Shown here: one piece after another, positions 7,369 to 16,174 of the stretch
Position numbering within the stretch: the first letter of the stretch is position 1
How the letters are laid out: the number at the start of each line of letters is the position of its first letter
NCBI GenBank assembly: GCA_016861085.1
Contig: BOKR01000001.1
Coordinates: 1,057,298 to 1,096,039, forward strand
Source: Patescibacteria group bacterium
GTDB lineage: Bacteria; Patescibacteriota; Microgenomatia; UBA1400; PJMF01
Direction: 5' to 3'
DNA: 38,742 nt
The notes under the pieces: model-generated
The model's database searches: none
Told to the model about the DNA's origin: nothing
What the model saw: the letters and a program-made list of their open reading frames with translations, nothing else
Translations under genes and position numbers: made by a program

Positions 7369-9070
7369 AGTAAGCTCAACAAAACAAGGTCTTCAAGGCG
7401 ATTCTCCTGAAGACCAGTTGCGTGCTATCGAATCACTGTTGCCAGTACGAAATGACGAAATTGTCGAAATTTTTGAATGGATTGAGTCGGCTAGTGAGAT
7501 GACTGACCAGCAACCAGCATGGAGAGCAGTTGAATTTTGTAAGAAACATCCCGAGGTAAGACGATGCTACGTCAAGTGTATGGATAGGTTTACTCGTGGG
7601 GGTGCAGATGAATATAGTGACCTCTCAAGAGCTCTAAATTCGCTCAATGTGTTCATTTTGGATGTGTATGGAATTGCATCTGATAAGCAAACAAATACCA
7701 TGGGACACCTTGGCAAGAAATATAAATGGAGTGTATTTCGACCAAGCTATAAAGCTGAGCTACTTGAAGCAGAGAAAGCCAAGGATGAGTTTCGTGACAT
7801 TATGACACGCCTGACCACTGGTAGTGTCAATCGGGTGCGAGAAGGATATGCGATTGGTTCACCTGGTTACGGCTATGTAAATAAGCGAATTGAGAATGAA
7901 AATGGCAGGAAAGTATATATCTTAGTACCTCTTCCAGAAGAGGCACAATATATTCGTAGAATGTTTGAGCTAAAAGCTGAAGGTAAAACTGAGGTTGAAA
8001 TAGTTAAAACTATCAATGCCATGGGCTTTCTAAGTAGGACCCGTTATCGACGTAAAAAAGAGGGGTTGCGTATTGTTAGGGCTGGGAAAATCGGTAATGT
8101 TCCTCTGTCAAAGAAACAACTGCAAAACTTTCTAAAGAATCCCATTTACTGTGGTATTTCTACTCATAGCCATCTTTCTTACATTGAAGAAAAGGAAAAT
8201 TCAGAAAAGATTGAGCATTTCACCCCGATTGTGATTAAAGGTGAGCCACTAGTCAGTGTAGATTTGTGGAATCGAGCTAACAACAATAGAAGGATGATTA
8301 CTGTTAAAGATGATGGCACCGCTCAGATTTTCAAAGGTAAATCACTTGAGCGATATGTCAAAAAAAGCAAGAGAAACAAGGCATACCCATATAAAGAATA
8401 TTTGGCCTGTCACATTTGCCACAGAGTTTTGAAGGCTAGTGCGCCTCGAAGCAAATCTGGTAAACATGTTCCTACCTACCACTGTAGTACTAAACACAAA
8501 TATTGGGGTACGAATGGGGCTCAGCTTCACAAAGATATTGAGAATTTCATTCATCACTTAGAGTTTTCAGATGAGTTTAGAGAGCAATTTAGTAATATCA
8601 TGTTGGAAGAGTGGGAAAAACGCCGAGATAGTGTTAACCAGGATTCAATTAACTACGAAAAAGAAGTTTTAAGAATTAAAGAAGAACAACGTGCAATTTT
8701 GGATACGATGAAGGTGGTTGCACTAGCTTCAATGCGCCAGGCTTATGAAAAGCAATATGAGGAACTAGAAAAGAAGAAAACAGTCGCCATGAGTCGCCGT
8801 GATACTAAAGAAGTTGAAGAGATTAACATCCAAACCGTTATTTCTTATTGCAATTATTTCATGGAACACCTAGAAGAATTGCTGTTAGATGAGGAAAAAC
8901 CACTCGAAAGTGCTCGTCTTTTTAGCCTTTGTTTTGATGAAGCTCCAACCGTTTTTGAAATATTGGATGGAACACCCAGATTATCCCCATTGTTCAAGCT
9001 AAATGAAGCCTACAAGAAGGACAAAGGTATACTTAGTGAGTCGGGAGGGACTCGAACCCCCGACCAATGA
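7322..9070 (+). CDS. large serine recombinase
   Basis: N-terminal resolvase motif IAIVRVSSTKQGLQGDSPEDQ, a recombinase domain, the Zn-ribbon CHICHRVL...YHCSTKH, then a coiled-coil region. I prefer ATG 7322 over the listed TTG 7295. Confidence 0.8.
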   Translation: MEHSAAKSTPAIAIVRVSSTKQGLQGDSPEDQLRAIESLLPVRNDEIVEIFEWIESASEMTDQQPAWRAVEFCKKHPEVRRCYVKCMDRFTRGGADEYSDLSRALNSLNVFILDVYGIASDKQTNTMGHLGKKYKWSVFRPSYKAELLEAEKAKDEFRDIMTRLTTGSVNRVREGYAIGSPGYGYVNKRIENENGRKVYILVPLPEEAQYIRRMFELKAEGKTEVEIVKTINAMGFLSRTRYRRKKEGLRIVRAGKIGNVPLSKKQLQNFLKNPIYCGISTHSHLSYIEEKENSEKIEHFTPIVIKGEPLVSVDLWNRANNNRRMITVKDDGTAQIFKGKSLERYVKKSKRNKAYPYKEYLACHICHRVLKASAPRSKSGKHVPTYHCSTKHKYWGTNGAQLHKDIENFIHHLEFSDEFREQFSNIMLEEWEKRRDSVNQDSINYEKEVLRIKEEQRAILDTMKVVALASMRQAYEKQYEELEKKKTVAMSRRDTKEVEEINIQTVISYCNYFMEHLEELLLDEEKPLESARLFSLCFDEAPTVFEILDGTPRLSPLFKLNEAYKKDKGILSESGGTRTPDQ

Positions 9071-9109
9071 GGTATAAGCTCACCGCTCTACCAACTGAGC
9101 TACCGACTC
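9037..9109 (-). tRNA. tRNA-Ile, anticodon UAU
   Basis: Manual cloverleaf: acceptor GAGTCGG/CCGACTC; D arm GCTC-AGTTGGTA-GAGC; anticodon stem GTGAG/CTCAT with loop CTTATAC; variable TGGTC; T arm GGGGG-TTCGAGT-CCCTC; discriminator A. 73 nt, with no encoded CCA. Confidence 0.85.
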
Positions 9110-9276
9110 ACATAATTTTGGTATTTTTGCTATTCTCCTGCAAATAATTGCCTTAAAAAACCGCAAAAAAGATATACAAGCATTATATACCAGGAAATTT
9201 CATCTGCAATAGTGCTCAAGGGCTATTTTCCAGAGAAAAAATTAGTATATAATAGACCTTTAGAAAGCTTTTTAGC

Positions 9277-10311
9277 ATGAAATTAAAGGTGCGATCAATA
9301 CTCACAACAATTAAAAAGAGATGGAAACTATCTTTAGGATTAGCAGTGATCCTTATTCTCATTGCTGTATTTACCATTCGTTCAAAAGCAGCAAACACTG
9401 TTACGCTCACATTTGAACATCCAGTCATACAAACTATAACCAAAACACTAGAAGTTTCCGGTCATGTTGATGCAAAAGAAAAAGTTAGACTCCGTTTCAT
9501 TGCTGGTGGAAAACTCACTTACATTGGTGCAAAAGAAGGTGATACTGTTAAAAAATGGCAAACTATAGCCACAATAGATAAAGCAACCTTAGAAAAACAA
9601 CTTCAGCAAGATTTGAACGATTATATGAAAGAACGTTGGGACTGGGAAGATATCCAGGACGAGAACAAAGATAAAGTCTTGACCACCGCACAACAAAAAA
9701 GTGAAGATAAAGACCAATGGGATCTCAATAACACCGTTTTAGATGTGGAAATCCGCGACATTGCAATCAAAAATTCTGCTTTATATGCTCCATTTAATGG
9801 TGTTTTGACTGCCGCCCCTACTTCAGTAGCAGGTATGCAAGTGCTGGCCTCAGACTATTTTGAAGTGGTCAATCCAGACACACTTGTTTTTAGAGCTGCA
9901 GTTGACGAATCTGACATTTCAAATGTTAGATTAGAGCAACTTGCTACACTGATTCTTGATGCATATGAGGATACAGAAATCTCAACACAAGTTAGCTATA
10001 TAAGCTATACGAGTACTGAAACTGATGGCGGGACCGCATTTGTAGCAGAGTTTCCCCTTTCACAATCTGATTCTCAACTGCTGAGAATTGGAATGAATGG
10101 AGACATTAATATTTTGTTAGAAGAAAAACCAGACGTCCTTACAATTCCTTTAATTGCGCTCATCGAGCGAGAGGATAAAACCTACGTCATGGTTAAGACA
10201 GGTGAAAATCAAGCTGAAGAAAGAGAAATTACAATTGGGCTTGAAACTGACGAACTGGTTGAGGTCACATCTGGTCTTTCACAGTCAGATGAAATTGTAA
10301 TTCCAGAATAA
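9277..10311 (+). CDS. HlyD/MacA-type periplasmic adaptor (membrane fusion protein)
   Basis: N-terminal TM helix. Lipoyl-like hairpin motif GKLTYIGAKEGDTVKKWQTIATID and its return strand LYAPFNGVLT. Immediately upstream of the ABC ATPase and permease. Confidence 0.75.
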   Translation: MKLKVRSILTTIKKRWKLSLGLAVILILIAVFTIRSKAANTVTLTFEHPVIQTITKTLEVSGHVDAKEKVRLRFIAGGKLTYIGAKEGDTVKKWQTIATIDKATLEKQLQQDLNDYMKERWDWEDIQDENKDKVLTTAQQKSEDKDQWDLNNTVLDVEIRDIAIKNSALYAPFNGVLTAAPTSVAGMQVLASDYFEVVNPDTLVFRAAVDESDISNVRLEQLATLILDAYEDTEISTQVSYISYTSTETDGGTAFVAEFPLSQSDSQLLRIGMNGDINILLEEKPDVLTIPLIALIEREDKTYVMVKTGENQAEEREITIGLETDELVEVTSGLSQSDEIVIPE

Positions 10312-10315
10312 AATC

Positions 10316-11002
10316 ATGCTACTGAAACTCGACACCGTCTCAAAGCATTATCACATGGGCTCAACTCTCACAAAAGCTTTGCATAAAGTAAATTTTGAAG
10401 TTAATAAAGGTGAGTTTATTGCAATTATGGGCCCTTCAGGATCTGGAAAATCAACTTTTTTGCAAGTCGCTAGTATGTTGGCAGAACCTACAACCGGGAA
10501 AATAATTCTCAAAGGAAAAGATGTGACCGATTATAACGAAATCGAAAGAGCTCATTTGCGCAACAAAGAAATCGGTTTTATTTTTCAACAATTCAACTTG
10601 CTCCCAAAAACTTCTGCTCTAGACAATGCAGCCTTGCCGTTGGTTTACGCCAATGTTTCTTACTCAGAACAAATAAAACGAGCTACACAGATCCTAGAAA
10701 AAGTTGGACTCGGTGACAAGCTCAAAAATACTCCAGCACAGCTTTCTGGTGGTCAACAACAACGAGTTGCCATTGCGCGAGCACTTATTAATGATCCAGC
10801 AATCATTTTTGCAGATGAACCAACTGGCAATCTCGATACCAAAAGTGGCCAAGAAATCATGGATATGCTGACTCAGCTCCATTCAGAAGGTAAAACCATC
10901 ATTATGGTCACCCACGAAGAAGAAATTGCAAGGTGCGCACAAAGACAAATAAAATTTAAGGATGGGCAGATAATTTCTGACACTAAGTCTAAAAAAACAT
11001 GA
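10316..11002 (+). CDS. ABC transporter ATP-binding protein (MacB/LolD-type)
   Basis: Walker [10 protein letters not shown], signature [15 protein letters not shown], Walker [13 protein letters not shown]. Confidence 0.9.
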   Translation: MLLKLDTVSKHYHMGSTLTKALHKVNFEVNKGEFIAIMGPSGSGKSTFLQVASMLAEPTTGKIILKGKDVTDYNEIERAHLRNKEIGFIFQQFNLLPKTSALDNAALPLVYANVSYSEQIKRATQILEKVGLGDKLKNTPAQLSGGQQQRVAIARALINDPAIIFADEPTGNLDTKSGQEIMDMLTQLHSEGKTIIMVTHEEEIARCAQRQIKFKDGQIISDTKSKKT

Positions 11003-12207
11003 AAAACGTATTAAAAATTGCCCTCAAAGCCATCTGGACCAATAAATCTCGGTCTTTCTTGACTATGTTGGGAGTTATTATTGGTGTTGGTTCAGTTGTG
11101 ATGCTTACCTCAATTGGGACTGGACTGCAAGCATATATAGAAGACCAATTTGACCAACTTGGCGCAAATACCGTACTTGTTTTTCCCGGTGATCCTTTTG
11201 GTGAAGGTGGCGGATTTAATAGAGAAAGTCAAGTCAGTGCAATTGCAAATTCAAAATTAGAGATGGAAGATGTGGGAGATATCAGAAGAATTCGCGAATA
11301 TGTCAAAATTGCCGTTCCATTTGTCACAAATAACGAAAAAATTTCATATCGCAGTGAGGAAAAATCGATTACACTTATTGGCTCAACACATGAATATCCA
11401 GATGTCCAAACAAATACTACTACTGAAAAAGGCAGATTTTTCTCAAAGACTGAAAATGAATCAAAAGAAAAAGTAATTGTACTTGGATACGACGTTGCCG
11501 AAGAACTTTTTGGAAATATTGACCCAATTGGAAAAACAGTGAGACTAGGCAGTCAAAATTTTAAGGTCATCGGTGTGCAAAAAAAAGTCGGGGGTAGTTT
11601 TGGTGGACCTTCCTTTGACACATATATTTTTATACCAATTGAGACGTATTTCAAACAGTATGACACCAGAACAATTGTTGAAATCATTGTCAAAACAAAG
11701 TCTACTGAAAATATTCCTGAGTCAATCAAAGCAATTGAAACGCAGATGCTTAAAAAATATAAAGAAGATGAGTTTTCTGTGTTTGATCAATCACAAATCT
11801 TAGATACAATTAACCAGATTTTGGGTGTACTAACACTAGGTCTTGGTGGTATAGCTAGTATTTCTTTAGTCGTTGGTGGCATCGGTATTATGAATATCAT
11901 GCTCGTCTCGGTCACTGAAAGAACCAGAGAAATTGGTTTAAGAAAAGCACTGGGTGCTACTCCAAATACCATTTTATTGCAATTTTTGGTTGAGGCAGCA
12001 ATACTTTCTGTATTAGGAGGATCAATTGGCCTTGTTATTGCCTACCTAGGAACACTTGCGATGCAAGCATTTTTTCCTGCCAAGGTAACGATGGATGCCG
12101 TTATTCTTGCCTTTGGTGTTTCAACTGCCGTTGGACTCATTTTTGGAGCTGCTCCCGCAAGAAGAGCTTCAAAACTCTCTCCTATTGAAGCACTTAGATA
12201 TGAGTAG
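10999..12207 (+). CDS. ABC transporter permease, MacB periplasmic-core + FtsX family
   Basis: 402 aa. TM1 is followed by a large extracytoplasmic domain and a C-terminal FtsX-type bundle with ERTREIGLRKALGA. ATGA overlap with the ATPase. Confidence 0.85.
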   Translation: MKNVLKIALKAIWTNKSRSFLTMLGVIIGVGSVVMLTSIGTGLQAYIEDQFDQLGANTVLVFPGDPFGEGGGFNRESQVSAIANSKLEMEDVGDIRRIREYVKIAVPFVTNNEKISYRSEEKSITLIGSTHEYPDVQTNTTTEKGRFFSKTENESKEKVIVLGYDVAEELFGNIDPIGKTVRLGSQNFKVIGVQKKVGGSFGGPSFDTYIFIPIETYFKQYDTRTIVEIIVKTKSTENIPESIKAIETQMLKKYKEDEFSVFDQSQILDTINQILGVLTLGLGGIASISLVVGGIGIMNIMLVSVTERTREIGLRKALGATPNTILLQFLVEAAILSVLGGSIGLVIAYLGTLAMQAFFPAKVTMDAVILAFGVSTAVGLIFGAAPARRASKLSPIEALRYE

Positions 12208-12246
12208 CTCGCATTTATATTAATCACACTGTATACTGAAAATAAG

Positions 12247-12663
12247 ATGTTCTCAGTTTTTTTCAGAACTAAATTGTTCTTCTTGTTAGTAATAATTGCT
12301 GTTGTTGCAACATTGTACTACTTTGGTGATCCGCAAAAATTAACAAATACTATTACTGAAAAACTAAAATCAACACCTTTAGCTCCTGCCGCAGAAAAGT
12401 TTGAATCGCTTGATGCGCAAAAAGTTACACAAGGATTCCAGCTTGGTATTCAAAACGCCGAAGCAGAAATCTCTGAATTATCAAAACGAACTACAGAAGT
12501 TAGCCAACATGCTGGCAACGTGCTTGGTTCTTCGGTCAAAGCTGCACCAGAAGAAAATACAACTCCAATACATGAAAAAGCCTTTGAATATGGTAAATAT
12601 ATTTATTGCAAGCAAGTTGTTACTGACTATGAAACTTTGAACCCTTCTCTAAAAGAAGAGTAA
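12247..12663 (+). CDS. hypothetical membrane-anchored protein
   Basis: 138 aa with an N-terminal helix (LFFLLVIIAVVATLYYF). Convergent with the VirD4-like gene. Confidence 0.45.
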   Translation: MFSVFFRTKLFFLLVIIAVVATLYYFGDPQKLTNTITEKLKSTPLAPAAEKFESLDAQKVTQGFQLGIQNAEAEISELSKRTTEVSQHAGNVLGSSVKAAPEENTTPIHEKAFEYGKYIYCKQVVTDYETLNPSLKEE

Positions 12664-12676
12664 GTCTCCCTTAAAC

Positions 12677-15007
12677 TTATAAGTTACTTCTACTCTGGAT
12701 TTCTGCCTCAACAACGTCTCTGTCTTTTCCGTACTTGAGTCGAGAGAGCTCTTTTATCATCTCTGCCTGTTTTGGATTCATGCGTGCCTTAATTGCGTCC
12801 ATATCTTTCATCAAAGACATGCTAAATGGTGGTACTGGCTCATTTTTCACAATCGTTTTAATATAGACGTGGTATTTCTCAATATTTGTTAAATCGCCTT
12901 CATTGAATGTAGGCGCGAATTCATGTTGTAAAAAGTTTGCATCAGGCACACCTACACGGAATGCGATCATTGTACCAACGTTACCAAACACAGCATTCTT
13001 CACTTCTTCATCAATCTGACTAACAAACTGATTAGCAACAATTAAGTTTAAACGATATTTACGAGCCTCAGATAAAATGACAGCAAAATCTTCTGTTGCG
13101 TAATTCTGGAACTCATCAACATATAAATAAAAATCTTTACGCTGTTCCATTGCCATATCTTGACGAGCCATAGCAGCTGTCAAAACTTTTGGCACTAAAA
13201 TCAAACCCAAAAACTTCGCGTCTTCTTCACCTAAAATACCCTTTGAAAGATTGCACAAAATAATCTTTTCTTCATCCATCGCCTTTCTAATATTGAACGA
13301 ACTCTCAGGCTGACCAATAATGTTACGCATGGTCTTATTGGTAACAAATCGTCCAAATTTAGACACAATATAGTCCAAAACCTCAGATTTGTGGAAATCA
13401 GAAGTTTGGGCAATCTGATCTGTCCAGTACCTGCGAACCACTGGATCTTTCACCAACGGCAACATTTCATCAACATACTTACTATCTGTCAAAATACGCA
13501 CAAGTTCAATGAATGTCGAACCTTTTTTGTACATAATGGTTAACATGGCATTGCGAATTGCATGCTCAAACCGAGGACCAATAATACCGGTTCTATGTGG
13601 ATCATAGAGTTTGTACATTAAGCCAATAATTGAGCCCACCACAAAGTGGCGTTGTTCTTCAGTATCAGCTTCCATCATGTTCAAGCCCATTGGACGATCA
13701 AGATCAGAAGGATTGAAGTAAATCACATCATCAGCACGTTCAGGAGGCATCAGTTGTAAAATATCTTCAATAAACTCACCATGAGGGTCAATAGCGCAAA
13801 CACCTTTGCCATTTTCAATGTCCTGTAGAATCATTTCTTTTAGAAATTCAGACTTACCGGTACCAGTTTTTCCGATGATATAAGTATGTCGACGCCTATC
13901 GTCTTCACTCATATATACTTCTCGAACCTCACCTCGATAGGTTGACTTACCCAGATGCAATCCTTCTTTTGGAATTTTATTTGGTGCAGGAGCATTTTTT
14001 GCGTTTAACCAACGAATGTGATGGGTTTCAACGGTTTTGTTTGGCAAGTGAAACAAGGTTGCTAATTCTTCTGTGTTCAAGACGAATGTGTCTTTATTTA
14101 AAATCGGCATATACCTATACAAGAAGTCAATCATGAATAAGTGTTTGAGAAAAATAATTGGCTTTTTGAATGAGTTGTATGCACTCGTAAACTGAGCAAA
14201 TGCACCTTTAATGTTATTTAAGTGCGAATCAGCAATGTATTCTTCTTTTGCAGAAACAACAATACGAAGCGCCACTCTAAAACCTGGTTTTTCAGCTTTT
14301 TGGTTGATGACTTCCATTTCTTTGGGATCATGACCATAAGTTGCCTTATTAGGATCGGCTTCTCTCTTTTTTTGAGATGATACATATGAATGGGCTTGTT
14401 TTTGCCACTTTTTGCTTTCCGGCTGCATCAAAATTTGGATAATAGCACCCTCGCCTGGACCCATTTTTGACAGAGCTGAGGTAATTGAGTTCAAACCATC
14501 AATAGGCAGATCTTTATACGCTTTTATAGGAAAATATGATGCTTTTTCAAGTGTTAGCGAACAAAAAGCCACTTTGCCTTTTTTGTTAAAAATGTTAACT
14601 TCGTCTACTTCTTTAATCTCAGCATTTGGATATGCACCATGGATTTGCTTTTCAACAAGGTCGCGAATTCTCCTTGGACAATTTAAGTAAAATGCAATAT
14701 CTTCCTCTAGTGCAACAATCTCTAGAGAAAATAAATCCTCAGCTTTTGTAAAAGAAAAGAATCCTGTCTTTTTTAACGAATACAACCCTGCAAACATCTG
14801 TTCTGCAGAATCAATCTTCGTTTCATTGTCTTTTGGAACCCTGATCAATAGCGATACAAAATCCAGTGCGGTGTCTTCTTTGTGTCGATGTTTGTACCAT
14901 TGAAATAGCATGAATCCAAACACAACTAGAATTGCCAATAAAAAAACCAACATTAATCCCATGCTAAGAAATTGGGCAGCTAGTGCAAAAAAATCTTGTT
15001 CAAACAC
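12677..15007 (-). CDS. VirD4/TraG/TraD-like type IV secretion coupling ATPase
   Basis: N-terminal TM helix, Walker A IIGKTGTGKSEF, Walker B YLYVDEFQNY, then LIVANQFVSQI and GNVGTMIAFRVG, typical of the TrwB/TraD AAD-binding family. GTG start sits 3 nt after the upstream stop with AGGA upstream. Confidence 0.7.
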   Translation of the reverse strand: MFEQDFFALAAQFLSMGLMLVFLLAILVVFGFMLFQWYKHRHKEDTALDFVSLLIRVPKDNETKIDSAEQMFAGLYSLKKTGFFSFTKAEDLFSLEIVALEEDIAFYLNCPRRIRDLVEKQIHGAYPNAEIKEVDEVNIFNKKGKVAFCSLTLEKASYFPIKAYKDLPIDGLNSITSALSKMGPGEGAIIQILMQPESKKWQKQAHSYVSSQKKREADPNKATYGHDPKEMEVINQKAEKPGFRVALRIVVSAKEEYIADSHLNNIKGAFAQFTSAYNSFKKPIIFLKHLFMIDFLYRYMPILNKDTFVLNTEELATLFHLPNKTVETHHIRWLNAKNAPAPNKIPKEGLHLGKSTYRGEVREVYMSEDDRRRHTYIIGKTGTGKSEFLKEMILQDIENGKGVCAIDPHGEFIEDILQLMPPERADDVIYFNPSDLDRPMGLNMMEADTEEQRHFVVGSIIGLMYKLYDPHRTGIIGPRFEHAIRNAMLTIMYKKGSTFIELVRILTDSKYVDEMLPLVKDPVVRRYWTDQIAQTSDFHKSEVLDYIVSKFGRFVTNKTMRNIIGQPESSFNIRKAMDEEKIILCNLSKGILGEEDAKFLGLILVPKVLTAAMARQDMAMEQRKDFYLYVDEFQNYATEDFAVILSEARKYRLNLIVANQFVSQIDEEVKNAVFGNVGTMIAFRVGVPDANFLQHEFAPTFNEGDLTNIEKYHVYIKTIVKNEPVPPFSMSLMKDMDAIKARMNPKQAEMIKELSRLKYGKDRDVVEAEIQSRSNL

Positions 15008-15010
15008 GTA

Positions 15011-15634
15011 CTATTCCTGTCTATAAATTACTTTTCCTGTAAACATTTTGACAATCTTACGACTAAACTCAACTAACCAACGAAAACTAAATTTCGTCGG
15101 TTTTTTTGCTCCCTCTTGTTCTTCTTCTTGAGTAATTGGTAGTACAATTACCGGACGACTCGGATATGCATTTGTTGGAACTTCAGATGTACCGTCTGCA
15201 ATTACTATTTCTGTTGGTGCAGTTTCATGATGATCTTCAACTCTTTGTAAAAAGCTCTCAACCTCAACAGGGATTTCTGGGATTTTCTCTTGTTCAACTG
15301 TTTGTACGCCACCACCAAGATCAATTGCTTGGGTATCTATAGACCCTGCTGGCTGAATTCTCTCTTTTGCTGACCGAACTGTCACTTGTTGAGGATTAAG
15401 TGTATCTGTTGCTTGGTCAACTGCTTGAACTACTCCATGTGGCACAGCATTTTGAATATCATCTAAAACAGACTCTAATGTATCCAGTTTTTGGCTTGCA
15501 TCACTTTTAACTGGTTGAGCTGGCTGTTGCACCCCAGAATTACCCCCTTGGAAATTAGATTGCAACATCTGACCAAGTGTAACAATAGTTGGCGGCTGCT
15601 GTGCTGCTGGTGAGTTTTGGACAGTATCGTTCAT
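15011..15634 (-). CDS. Q/P/T-rich low-complexity protein with a basic-hydrophobic C-terminus
   Basis: 207-aa ORF tightly packed between DUF192 and the VirD4-like gene. Ends with KFSFRWLVEFSRKIVKMFTGKVIY. No named domain. Confidence 0.45.
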   Translation of the reverse strand: MNDTVQNSPAAQQPPTIVTLGQMLQSNFQGGNSGVQQPAQPVKSDASQKLDTLESVLDDIQNAVPHGVVQAVDQATDTLNPQQVTVRSAKERIQPAGSIDTQAIDLGGGVQTVEQEKIPEIPVEVESFLQRVEDHHETAPTEIVIADGTSEVPTNAYPSRPVIVLPITQEEEQEGAKKPTKFSFRWLVEFSRKIVKMFTGKVIYRQE

Positions 15635-15658
15635 GAACTACCCTTAATAATAGCACCT

Positions 15659-16174
15659 TTATTGTACTAATTGAACCACATCACCAGAGCTAATATTCAA
15701 TCTTTGGGCGTCATTGGAGGGTAGTTCCAAAACCATATTTACTGGCTCCCCAGTTGAGTAGGTCTCCAAGCGAAAGTCGGGGGTCTCTGGCAGTGGTTTT
15801 GGGACCGAGGGCGTGACTGTAACTACTTTTCCATCTGCGATCCAAACGATGTCAATATCAAACTGCATGTCTTTCATCCAAAAATACCGAACTTCTTTTG
15901 TGGGAAAAATAAACAGCATACCGTCTGTCCCAATTTCTGGCCTTCCAGACAAACCTAAAGTTGTTGATTCCACTGTATTAACAATTTCTACAGTTATTGC
16001 TTCCTGACCTGTTTGAACTGCTTGGTCCTTATTAAAAACAATCTGTACAAGTTCTCTATCCTGTAAATCTGAAAATGATTTTGTATTATTTTTCATCTGC
16101 TGTGAATTTCTAACGGCTATATATAACATGCTAAAGACAAGCAATAAAACAGAAAACACTACTTTTTTATACAT
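15659..16174 (-). CDS. DUF192 domain protein
   Basis: N-terminal signal/anchor plus GMLFIFPTKEVRYFWMKDMQFDIDIVWIADGKVV, the characteristic DUF192 core. Confidence 0.7.
   Translation of the reverse strand: MYKKVVFSVLLLVFSMLYIAVRNSQQMKNNTKSFSDLQDRELVQIVFNKDQAVQTGQEAITVEIVNTVESTTLGLSGRPEIGTDGMLFIFPTKEVRYFWMKDMQFDIDIVWIADGKVVTVTPSVPKPLPETPDFRLETYSTGEPVNMVLELPSNDAQRLNISSGDVVQLVQ

Larger units (their letters stand above)
4254..9070. mobile_element. candidate integrative element module (left boundary not defined)
   Basis: Same-strand block of a Zn-ribbon protein, an EndoVII/HNH-like nuclease, a PolA-like protein, a small ORF and a large serine recombinase. It ends inside or next to a tRNA gene and contains no housekeeping genes. 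Confidence 0.4.

Noticed and set aside
1-9036. I looked for a direct repeat of the tRNA 3' half (for example ggactcgaaccccc or gagtcgggagg) that would mark the other end of a tRNA-targeting element.
   Set aside because: I found none by eye. The only ggactcgg string (about 10708) is inside the ABC ATPase gene. Serine recombinases do not require long repeats, so the absence is uninformative.
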